Shown one piece after another: positions 12,121 to 23,240 of a stretch of DNA of 64,000 bases. Below the pieces are notes generated by a model that was given only the letters and a program-made list of their open reading frames with translations, had not been told where the DNA came from and searched no databases. How positions within the stretch are numbered: the first letter of the stretch is position 1; every line of letters starts with the position of its first letter. The stretch lies in the NCBI GenBank assembly GCA_030704615.1, contig CM060731.1, positions 46,314,001-46,378,000 of the forward strand. Direction: 5' to 3'. This DNA is from Takakia lepidozioides. Taxonomy: Eukaryota; Plantae; Bryophyta. The position numbers and the translations under genes are program-made.

Positions 12121-13639
12121 ATGGTGAGGAAACATCAACCCGTCTCCTTCGAGGATGGGGAGGTAGTACCACATATCGATTGTGGCCCTAGAGCGACTGT
12201 TTTTCGTGGCGAGGAGCCACCCATTGCACCTGATCCAATACAGGCTGTCGGGCACAATCGTAGAAGGGACCGGGGCCAAATTTCAGGTGAGGATGTTGAC
12301 ACTCCGGGATCGAGTCGGGCGCGCCGCGGGTTGCCCCCTCTCGGGCCACCCCGTCCAACCACGTCCACCTTTGACCCCCCCGACAGGATTGAGTGTTGAT
12401 GCACTAAGTGTTGGGAACAGATACTGCCGGGCGGCGACCGCATGTTGTCGAAAAACATTACAAAAAGAACAAGATTGCGGATGCGGCAAAGGTAAGTGTT
12501 TTTCCCACCCCTCTCATTAACATTCACCTAAGGTACACTTAGGTTTATCTAATAATATAGTATGATTGGTAAGCATACATGAATCCAAATTACGACATAA
12601 GTATTGATGCGTCGTACACTACGCATATTGCAGCCACGACTCGATGCCCAAGCTCGCAATCACATTGCACATGAGGCATTTCGCGCTGGTTTACTTGCAG
12701 AATTTGTGCCAGAGCATGTGCATGATGCGACCAGTTGGTTCCCCCAGCAGCACGTAGATGAGATGCGTAGGGTCGAGGGGTATCGTAGGTGTTTTATGGT
12801 CAGCGACGAGCAAGCCCACCTCCCCCCCCCCCCCCCTTGATCCGGACGTTGTACCCCCGGCTGCACCTCCGACATTACATCCTTAACCACCTCCATTTTC
12901 ATCTCCTCCGCCACCTGCACCTGCACCTCCACGTGCATGTGCCCCCTGAACCCCTATGAGGGGTCGGCTTCGCCCTAGGTTTCCTCCCCCTTCGGCTTGG
13001 GCGGCCTGAGCCAGAAATCCTCGCCCCCGATGGGAAGCGCATAGGACTATGTTACTGAGGACCGTCCAGCCTCGTTGTTGGGGGAATCATCTCGACCCTC
13101 CCACCCCCATCCGAGAAAATGTGGAGTTCGAGTATTGGGGGAGACGATATGTTGTGAGAGCCGCTACAGACCCTGCTATGGGTCGGGGTTTATTCACGGT
13201 CAATGATATTGTGGTTCCTCCTTGGAGAAACAACATGGTGGACTTGTTTCCCTACTACGGTCCATACTACACCTCCGTGGAGTTCCGTACATTACGCCTC
13301 AAAGCCCCATACATCCCGCCCTATATTTTGTGTGTCAACGGACATGATGTACGTAGACGGGGGTTGTCTCCGATTGAGATCAGATTTTGTGATGGTGACC
13401 CGGACATCTTCGGCAATGTTGCTGGGCTGGTCAATAGTTCTTTTGGTCATCCTAGGAGAACCAATGTAGTATGGGACGAGCGAAGCGATGGGCATGAGAG
13501 CTTTCGTGGTCATACGTCAGTATACTGTGAGGGGATGCACATGTTTGTGATGACATGCACTAGTAGGACTATTAGGGCTGGCAGCGAACTATTTGCATCA
13601 TACGAGTTCTCCCGGGATGATTGGGACCTCCGATTATAG
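12121..13639 (+). pseudogene. Transposon-associated gene: CxCxxC...H Zn-finger, Pro-rich linker, SET domain (upstream part degraded; SET ORF 13049-13639 open)
   Basis: SET motifs MGRGLFTVNDI, PYYG, DGDP..GNVAGLVNSS and TSRTIRAGSELFASY. Upstream C*CTKCW...HVVEKHYKKN (one stop, one frameshift). GT-AG intron at 12492-12633. Confidence 0.8.
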
Positions 13640-13700
13640 AGAGAGTGGGATGTGTATGATAGAATAGGGTTCCTTTGAGACAGGGATCGCGTAGAGGGGC

Positions 13701-16466
13701 TGTAGTGTGAATGCAGGGGGTAAAAATTCAAGTTTTTGTTTGGCATCAGGTTTCGGCACTACTACAAAGGGAGTGCCCTTCGTGCTAATGAAGGGGAGGA
13801 ATTGTCCATAACTTGAGGTAATTCCATGGAAAAACTATGCTATTGATCTGCCAAGAACAAAATATGGCTAAGTTATGACATGCACATTTTTCATCCCTAG
13901 GATGAATGATTTTCATCCATGATGTTGAACCCTAGAAGCAGGATGTGAAATTCGAAGGGGAAGAGTGCGTGCATCTTTTTGCAGCTGCTGCAGTGGTGTT
14001 GGCAACACAGGATATCTGAGAAAGTTCCACCTACGCAAAGGGTATCAGCTTGCTTTAAAGAGAAACGTTAAGAGCTCCTGCTTGGCTTTCTGTGCAAGAA
14101 GAAGCGGTGCCGCCTTCTTCGTAAGCAATTATCAAACTGAGGGATCAGGTTTGTGATAAGGGCGGTGCACCACTGCTGTCGCCATTGTCTTGATGAGGAC
14201 ATTAATGAGGAGATGGAGCGGCTCAGCAGGTGTTGGGGGATGAGAAGTACAGGCTGGTGTGTATAGCGCCTCAGGTTGTCTGTGATCAAATCTTGTAGCT
14301 GCTGTCTGTTTGAGAGCTTTAGGACCAGATCACTTTGTAAGGGAAGAGAGTAAGCATTTTTCGCAGCTGCTGCAGTGGTGTTGGCAGCACAGGATATCTG
14401 AGAAAGTTCCACCTACGCAAAGGGTATCAGCTTGCTTTAAAAGAAACGTTAAGAGCTCCTGCTTGGCTTTCTGTGCAAGAGGAAGCGGTGCCGCCTTCTG
14501 TGTGTATGGCGCTTAAGCTATCTATAATTAAGTTTTGTATCTGCTCTCTGTCTTAAGGGCTGTAGGACCAGATCACTTCATAGGGAAGAAATGCATATGT
14601 AGAAGGATAGGGTAGAGGTTGGCAGGCACAAGGATGTGCCAGCAGCTGAAGCGGAGCCATCATGCCTTAATGAGGACTGGAATCACGATAAGAAGAAGAA
14701 ACGTCGGAAATGGCTGACGAGGGAGATGACAAGGTGCCTTCTTGACAGGCAGACCCACCGCTTCAATGAGTATAAGACAGATAAGTTCGAAGAGTGTTGG
14801 CTTCCTTTTTGGCACTTAGGAATGACTTTGTGAAGTTTTTGGAGTTTTGGAACTGTCTCTTGTATCTACTGAAGGGGACAGAAATGTGAGGAGTAGAAAA
14901 GGCCTTTGAAAAAGGAATGAAGACATTGGAATTAAACCAGGATAGGGTGGAGATGGATGCACCTGTTGTTACACTGTTATTTGGAAAATGAGAGGGGACA
15001 GGGATATCTCACCTCAGGGTCAGAATGGTTGTTGTTCTTGTGTTCCTTTTCTTTGTTTTCAGTGTTTTCAGCCAGCAAAACAATGCAGCTGGATGTTTAG
15101 TGGAGCCAGTGTAGAACTTAGAGGAATGGCATGGTCATTCAGAAACTGATTTGAAGAGCTGAGAAGGGATGACGTGGATGGGGAGAAAAGTCAATACAGC
15201 TGATTTTAGAAGTGTTTATGTGAATGACTGATGTTCGAAGTTGAGGAGAAAAGGATGTCATGTGGAGTTGAGATCGTAGAGGGTTGTGAAGCATGACCAA
15301 ACAGGATCTTGGAAATAGTGCAAGGACTAGTCACTGGGAGAGAAAGACTGACAAGGGGCAGATTATCTTGTGTGACCAAGGTTTGATGGAAGGATGCCTC
15401 TGGATGTGATTGATTGATCGTAGCATCATGTTGTGGAGAAAAGTGAGGAATACATAGGATGTGAAAGAGGTGAAGAAGGGAGAAGTTGATGGATGGAATT
15501 CAAGAAGACATGGAATGTACTAGGGGCCTGGTCATGGCAGATCTGAGATGACCTGACCGTGTCATTAAAGACTGGAATGATGTTTCTCTGACAAGGGCTG
15601 AGGATGTTCTAGAATGTTCCAACATGTGAATGAATGAGTTCGAAGTTGAGGAGAAAAGGAGAGTTGTCAGGGTGTGTGATTTGAGATCTGTAGAAGGGTT
15701 GTGAAGCACCTTGACCAAACAGGATAACTTGGGGAAAGGTAGTGCAAGGACTAGTCACTGGAAGAGAAGAGAGAGAGAAAAAGACTGACAGAGGGGCAGA
15801 TATCTCTTGTGTGACCAAGGTTGACTTCAATGATGGATGCACTGGATGCTGGCTGGATGTGCATTGCATTGCATCGTAGCCATCATGTTGTGGAGAAAAG
15901 TGAGGAATCCACACATGAAAGAAAAGAGTGTGAGAGAAAGAAAAGGTGAAGAAGGGAGAAAGGGTTGATGAGGGATGGACAAATGGAGAGCCAAGGTCAA
16001 GAAGACATGAACCCTGAATGATCAAACTAGTGGGCCTGCAGTTCATGGCAGATCTGAGCTGCCCATCCACCTAGACCGTGATCTCATTACAAAAGGGGGC
16101 TTCCGACTGACCAAGGGAACTGCCCACAAGGGCAGGGTTTCATCACTGACATAGGGCTGATTGCATCACTGAATGCATCGCACCAGCATAGCTGGTGCTG
16201 TACCTGCAGGTAGGGGATGTTGTGTAAAAGGTAGAACCAAGAGTGAACAACAAATTGACTCCCCATCCATGTCTTCTCTTCCGCTGCGGCGTGGATGAGG
16301 ATTGCGTGAACTCTGATCACGAAGGAGCTGAGGGAAACCCACAGCCAAGTGACGACAGTTGGACATACTAGAAAAACGTTTCTTTCTTTTGCTCCGCTTA
16401 GAATGGAGGGGAGCACAATTAGAATTATACAGAAGGGGATTCACGCCCCTTCTTTTTCACACTACA
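13701..16466. mobile_element. Non-autonomous TGT...ACA element with 4-bp TSD (Ginger/GingerRoot-like; solo LTR not excluded)
   Basis: Perfect 11-bp TIR TGTAGTGTGAA / TTCACACTACA. TSD GGGC at 13697-13700 and 16467-16470. Internal duplications (13975-14119 vs 14355-14499; ~15215-15560 vs ~15625-16080). Confidence 0.75.
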
Positions 16467-16659
16467 GGGCATTGTAGATATTCTCATGATGTACTTTGTA
16501 TACATCCGATTGATCGATTGATGTAAAAAAAATTTCTTGTTGCTCGTGTGGGTTGCAACTTTGCATATGTGATCTAAACATACTTATGCACATGTGGACC
16601 AAATATGAGCTTGAACCAAGTTGATTCAATGGGTCATTCTAGTGTTGAACGCAGCTACG

Positions 16660-17298
16660 TGTCACGGACATAGCCCAGAGGAACTTACCATGAGTAAATA
16701 CCAGAAGTTACCAAGTTATCATATTACCGAAAGTTACCATGACTTACCGTGATTTACCATGATTTACCATTACTTACCAAGTTACCGGGAGTTTACCAAA
16801 TTACCAAGAGTAACTTGGGAAACTACTCAGGAAACTTCCTTTGGAGGAAACTTCTCCATCAAGATACCTCCTTTGTTTAAGGAAGCTTCTCCATCAAGAA
16901 ACCTTTGTTTAATCTTGGAAACTTCTCCAGCAAGAAACCTCCATAGGGGCAGCTTCTTGGGGAAGCTTCTTAGTAGCCAGTATATATAGGAGGCGAGACT
17001 GGACACTCTTCAGTCTCACCAACACAAGTTCAAGCTACTCTTGTTCCAAGTCCAGTACTCCACTCCAGCTTCCAGTATCCAGTCCAGTTTCCAGTATCTG
17101 GTATTCCAGTCCAGTTTCCAGCATTCCAGTATCCGAGTCGAGTTCCAGTATTTTGTACTCTTGTTCATTGTTATAAAGATCATCTTGATTCATGTTCACC
17201 TACCATACATCCGGCCACGCCGACCTTGACTTCTTGTCTAGTCTTGTACCTCTAGTTTGATCTCTTGTTTGTGTTCTGTCATGTTTTCGTCCTTGACA
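16660..17298 (+). repeat. 5' LTR of the chromovirus
   Basis: TGTCACGGAC...CCTTGACA, preceded by CTACG. TATA box at 16981-16988. Confidence 0.95.
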
Positions 17299-17300
17299 GT

Positions 17301-17311
17301 TTGGCGAGACT
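17301..17311 (+). promoter_or_regulatory. Self-priming-type primer binding site
   Basis: TTGGCGAGACT is complementary to AGTCTC(G/A)CCAA at 17012-17022, ~30 nt after the TATA box. The match is perfect in the 3' LTR copy. Confidence 0.75.
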
Positions 17312-17336
17312 AAAGTTTGTTCTTTAGTTAGTTAAG

Positions 17337-18377
17337 ATGGAAGGCACATTTGCGGAAATGGTTACCACATTGCAGAGTCTTCAGCTCTAGATGCAAGAAC
17401 TTCGTACATCTACCGCCCAATTGCAAGCTAATCAGTCTCAAGATCTTGACAACGTTCTCCACAATTTGCAACAACAAATTTCAGAGTTAAAGGAGTCGAA
17501 CAATGGATCTTCAACCATACGAGTCCCTACTGCAACAGCTCCTACTGCAACGGTTCTTCTTCAACATATTACGAGAGAACCAAAGATTAGCATGCCCGAG
17601 AAATTTGATGGGATAAGATCAAGATTTCGCGGTTTTGTTCAACAAGTACGACTGTTCCTACGACTACATCCACAACGTTATCCCGATGAAGGTATTCAAG
17701 TGGGATTCGTGGGCACCCTTCTGTCAGGCACTGCCCTATCTTGGTTTGCACCGCTATTAGAAAAAAATTCGCATTTACTATACAATTTTGAAGCATTCAT
17801 GTCCGTGTTCACTGCAGCGTTTGGAGAAAATGATAGAGAGAGAGTTGCAGAAATAAAGATGCGAAATCTTCGACAAGGAGCACGTCCTGCTTCCGTTTAT
17901 GCTGCCGAATTTCGACAACTTGTGTGCGACCTCGACTGGAATGAGAAGAGCCTCATTAGTCAGTTTCGATGTGGGCTAAAAGATGATGTAAAAGATTTGT
18001 TGCTGACAATGCCAAATGTGAGCACACTGAGTGAATTCATCACCCAAGTCATTGCATGCGATAATCGTGTGTTCGAAAGACGTCAAGAAAAACGATCTGG
18101 ATGGTCTACGACGCATCATGCCACTACTACTACGACACCAAACACAACGATCCATCAGACATCCAGTAGTGATCCTATGCAGATTGATGCTGTCCGATTC
18201 AAGCCATTGACGCCACAAGAAAAACAAAGACGGCGCTCGAATGGATTATGCCTCTATTGCGGAGAAGAATATCACATAGCATTAAACTGCCCCAACAAGA
18301 GAAGATTCAAAGTTCGGGGCACAACTCAAGTGTTCGATATGAGGAGGTCGGAAAACGAAGATGTCCAGTTACAGTAG
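17337..18377 (+). pseudogene. gag (PEG10/sushi-like capsid plus CCHC knuckle), one premature TAG at 17388
   Basis: PEKFDG..FRGFVQQVRL; LRQGARPASVYAAEFRQL; DPMQID; CLYCGEEYHIALNC. Confidence 0.93.
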
Positions 18378-19714
18378 TAGGGACCATGCGGCTGGACACC
18401 ACAAATTCTTTACCGAAAAAAAAATGTCTCTTTCTACCTCCAGACCCTGTACCTTGCTTCACAGTTCCGGTAAAAATCAGAGTGCAAAATCGAGATATCA
18501 CTGTAGAAGCACTTTTGGACTCAGGAGCTTCAGCTTGTTTTATGGACAAAAACTTTGCGAAGCAAAACAATTTAACGCTCGTAAAGAAGAAAATCTCGGC
18601 CCCCGTTGAAGTCATCGATGGACGACCATTAGCATCATGAAATGTGGACCATGAAACCATTTGAAGTGAAGCTTAAAGATCAAACATCACATATTGTTTT
18701 CAATGTCATCCAGTCTCCAACGAATCTTGTGATCCTTGGACTTCCCTGGTTCGTACTTCACAATCCCGACATCGACTGGCGATCGCGAAAATTTTCTGCA
18801 AGACAAAAATGTAGAAATAGCAAAGGTATTCAACCCTTATTCATTGGAGCATTACACTTGTTTTTCAAAAATAAAGGAAGGAAAGAGATAGGATCAAGAC
18901 AAACCCTAGAGTAGTTTAGTTTTTTAACATTTTCAGATGAGTCCTTGGCAAGCGATTCCTTCCCCTGCTCTGAAATCCCACTTAGCATCCAGCAGCACCT
19001 AGACATCAGTATATCAAGTGGAAGCCCTCACCTGTGCCTGTCCCAAAAACAACCGCAACGCATTGTTAGTTAGTGAGGATGCACGAGGTGAGTAGCAGGC
19101 TTCCACACTTGCTATCGAGGTCAAATACACTTGAATCTAAGCGTAGAGAATGCCAAAGAAAGCAGGGAAGCAAGACAAACAAACAAAAAAAAACTTTTTT
19201 TACTGTTTGGGGGAGAGTCGCCATCTCTCCATAAGCCTAACCGTGCAGGGAGGTCTCCGCCAACACCACAACACTGCTACCTTAACCAAAACAAAGTCTT
19301 GCCAAGCACAAGAAAAAAGAGCTTGGTCTCAAAAGGTAGGGTTTATAAAGGGAGGGAGAGAGAGAGACTTCCTTGTTCTACCAAGACGCCGCCATTCATC
19401 AGAGATCCAGAGGAGGGCTCCTAGGGAAATGTCATAAGCAGGTAGGTGGTACCTCCGCCATCATTGCCGCGGTTCCCTTGTGTAGCAAAAAAACAAACAA
19501 ATGAGACAGTGAATCTTCCCTCATCTCTAAGCCACCGCCATCACCTTAAAGAGCCCGCATAGGCGGCGCTTACAGGAGCCATAAACACTCAAAGATTGGC
19601 AGCTCAAGGTATCTGCAGCACGAGCACCATCGCTCCTTTCAAGCCGCCATCGCGCGCACTCTCGCAGCGCAAAAAGAAAGACATTAGGGTTGCGCAAGGT
19701 TTCCCCTGTCTGGC

Positions 19715-20100
19715 CCGTCATTCATCTTCTTAGGATGAAAACATCCGCCAGCCTGTACGCCCGACGGACGTTGTCCGTTTCTCATTCGCGGAAGATGAAA
19801 AACATCATGCGTTCATCTCGTCTTGAACTCGACGGATGCAGTCCGCTTTTCATCTAGGTTAGATGAAAAACATCGGGGGGTTTTTTTTTTAAAAACTTTT
19901 TATACCTGTCTTGTCCCGTATTTAGGTCATGTCAGATGAAGTCTTTTTTTCATCCAGGTTGGATTGAAAAAATAAATACTCACGAGAGTTTTGCAATCAG
20001 TATATTCCGGGTTGATGTCCGGATGAAGCAAAAAACCTCACAGGTATTAGTGAAGAAATGTTTCACTAGGGAAAAAAATGTATTCTGGATGAAAAACACC
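19715..20100. repeat. Array of TCATC(C/T)-N5/6-(G/A)GATGA palindromic motifs
   Basis: Examples: TTCATCTTCTTAGGATGAA, TTTTCATCTAGGTTAGATGAAAA, TTTTCATCCAGGTTGGATTGAAAA. Confidence 0.7.
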
Positions 20101-20322
20101 TAAAATTCCCTGCAACCCAATTTTTTCAATTTTTTCAAAAATGGAAGTCGGGACAACAATTCCATAAACCCAGTTTCCAGAGGGAGAGAAAGGGAGAGAG
20201 AGAGGGAGTGAGAGGGAGAGATCAGGAAACAAAAAGAAAAAGAGGAAGGTGGGGGGGGGGGGCAGTGCCTGAGTAGCAGCTGCTCAGTCACCCCCCCCCC
20301 CCCACCTTTTTGTTTTTTCTTT

Positions 20323-22720
20323 GTGCCCCCTCTCTCCCTCCTCGGAATTGGCCGGTTGTATCAGTGTGTTTTTCATGTTTTTCCATCTATACCGGATGGA
20401 TTCTAAACAGTGTTTTCACCCACCCTTTAAAGATTTTTTATCCATACCGGATGAATTACCACACTAAAATACCTCTAAAATGGGTCTATGATTTTTTCAT
20501 TCCTCTTTTATTGACTTTCATCTATACCAGATGAGTCACCAGAGAATGAGGAATTACCTCTGTAGGGGTTGACACTGGCATCCTATCTATAATTTTTCCA
20601 TCCATATTGGATGAAAAATACCAGGATATTAAATTCGTTTTATTCCTTTTTATGGCCTTTTTTCCGTACTGGATGAGGCTTTTCTAGGGATGATGAATTA
20701 CCTGTTAGGATGAGAAACCGTTGCCTTGGATGATATGTATTGTTTTTTCATCCTACTGACGGACCTTCTCCAATTAGGTGAGCTTATTAAATTTTTCATC
20801 TGAACCGGATGAAAAATGCAGCCTATGATGGCCCTAGACCTTTGTTTAATTACCCTTAAGTATGGCGAATTAAGGAGTGAAAACCTAACCCCTACCCTAT
20901 AACCTATTGTTTAAACCTAACTAATGGATGACATCCGTTGGGTTTCGAAATAAGGGGTGTTGATTACTCATCCTGCACAGATGAAAAATCGGCACGACCC
21001 CCTAGGGTGTCTCTCCCGCCGTCACCAGCACTCCTCATGCTTCTGAGCTCGCGGGCTAAGAGTTATGGTGTCTGAGCTCTGCTACTACCCTGTCTGCTGA
21101 TTCGTGCCCATGCCGGACGAGCTCCTGGGGATGCGCAATGGCGGCATCTTGTCTCTTCTCACACGGGAGACCCTGCTGCGACTGCATCGTCTCTTTCCCT
21201 CCTCTGGATTTTATGGTTCGCAGCGGCACTTGTGTGGGGAAGTATATCTCCTCTCTCTCCCTACTTAAACCTAGCAAGGATGCTTGTATGCTTCACTTCT
21301 CCTTAGCTGTGCTGGAGGTGGCTCTTCTGTGGCCGATGGCGCACACTTACCTTCCCCAATCGCTCAAGGTGCTTTTGGTGATTAGGGTTCCTTTTTACTT
21401 TATGTCTTTCTCTCTTGCTTGAGGTTCTTAGTTGACATCATGACAGTATATTGTGATTGACCGTCGGGTCATGTTCCACTAGGGGGTCTTGATTCTCCCG
21501 GGTTCCACAATCCTCACTAACTGTTGGTTTGTGGGGGCTTGTGATGGGACCAGGTGAGGATCCCTACTTGCTTTGAATTCTCTTGAGCTTGCAGATAAGG
21601 ATGTGAGCAAAAGAAACATACTCTGTATGGCATCATGACTTGGCTGCTGCCTGCAGCCATGATTTCGGCCCGCTTGGTCCCGGTTTGACATGATGATGCT
21701 TACTTTTGACTTATGTTTTGCTGCCGTTGATGGAGCATTTCGGATTGGCAGCCTTGTCTCTTGAAGCACAACATCTGAATCGTACCTTGTCTTGAATCTT
21801 TGACAGCATTGCCTGTGGATTTTTAGACTGGGTATAATTTTGGCCTTAAAGGGTAAAATGCATTAGTAGCTGTTAGGTTCTAAGGAAGAGGAGGCCGGGT
21901 TTTTTTTAAAGATGACAGCCTGATAAGGCAATGACATGCCTCTTTCAGGCCTGGATCTGATGTGGAAGGGAGCATAGTGAGGTTCTATTTGCAAAACATG
22001 GCATTAGCCTCCTGGGAAACAATGATGGTAAGCTCTAATGGACCTTGGCCAGTGATTAGTTACCTCATTTTGCCATCTGAACAACCACCTGCATTGTATG
22101 ATTTATTTTGGCCAAGTGGGCTTGATTTCGGGCACTCAAAATGTATGTGTGTCCATATCTTGATGTTGTGACAGGGCAGACCTTTCTTCCATGCCAAAAT
22201 GCCTTACTTGATGCATATCTTGGGGCAACTGTACATGGTGTAGAATGAAGTCGGAGTCAGTCTTGTCATGCCCAAAGTGGTCACTTGGTTGCATGTTTGG
22301 AGTCTGATTAACTGCAGGTTGGTCCAGCAAGAATCCTGTGTACACTGGTCTTGAATATGTACAATGACAGGTTGTTCTTACCTACCCAGAAGGCCTTGCA
22401 CGATGCACGTCTTGGGGTACTTACAATTGGCCAAATGTGAAGCTGCAATATGTATGTGTGCCATGCCCAAGAAGTTACTTGGTTGCATGCCCGAAGTGTA
22501 ATTAATTGCAGGTGGGTCCTTCAGTTGCTTGTATGTACATTCCCTGAATTTGTTGTAGGGCAGGCTGTTCTCACCTACCCTTGGAGCCTTGCATAATGCT
22601 TGTCCTGGATCACTTCAAGGTACCTGTGTATACATATCTTGGATCTATAATGTGGCAAGAAGTTCTTATATGCCCATGATATCTTGCATGATGCATATCT
22701 GATGGATAAACTATGGATGA
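20323..22720. repeat. Unclassified dispersed repeat, copy B (inverted relative to 7481-9170; extra segment ~21845-22515)
   Basis: Reverse-complement match to copy A. The extra segment contains degenerate ~190-bp tandem units. Confidence 0.9.
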
Positions 22721-22740
22721 GATAATATGAGGGCGGCATC

Positions 22741-23240
22741 NNNNNNNNNNNNNNNNNNNNNNNNNNNNNNNNNNNNNNNNNNNNNNNNNNNNNNNNNNNN
22801 NNNNNNNNNNNNNNNNNNNNNNNNNNNNNNNNNNNNNNNNNNNNNNNNNNNNNNNNNNNNNNNNNNNNNNNNNNNNNNNNNNNNNNNNNNNNNNNNNNNN
22901 NNNNNNNNNNNNNNNNNNNNNNNNNNNNNNNNNNNNNNNNNNNNNNNNNNNNNNNNNNNNNNNNNNNNNNNNNNNNNNNNNNNNNNNNNNNNNNNNNNNN
23001 NNNNNNNNNNNNNNNNNNNNNNNNNNNNNNNNNNNNNNNNNNNNNNNNNNNNNNNNNNNNNNNNNNNNNNNNNNNNNNNNNNNNNNNNNNNNNNNNNNNN
23101 NNNNNNNNNNNNNNNNNNNNNNNNNNNNNNNNNNNNNNNNNNNNNNNNNNNNNNNNNNNNNNNNNNNNNNNNNNNNNNNNNNNNNNNNNNNNNNNNNNNN
23201 NNNNNNNNNNNNNNNNNNNNNNNNNNNNNNNNNNNNNNNN
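22741..23240. other. Assembly gap (500 N)
   Basis: Run of n characters. Confidence 1.

Larger units (their letters stand above)
16660..18851 (+). mobile_element. 5' half of the same chromovirus: 5' LTR, PBS, gag, protease
   Basis: LTR, gag and aspartic protease (ALLDSGAS). It ends at ...PLFIGA, which continues as RAFMRAIK at 6085 on the minus strand. Confidence 0.95.

Noticed and set aside
13757-13770. CACTAC as another CACTA terminus
   Set aside because: No partner TIR or 3-bp TSD. It lies inside the TGT...ACA element.
8497-20990. Palindrome arrays as CRISPR
   Set aside because: Eukaryotic context, irregular spacing, degenerate short motifs and no cas genes.
7481-22720. Inversion caused by recombination between the large inverted repeats
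   Set aside because: The breakpoints (~6087, ~18850) lie outside both copies, and only copy A is inside the inverted segment.
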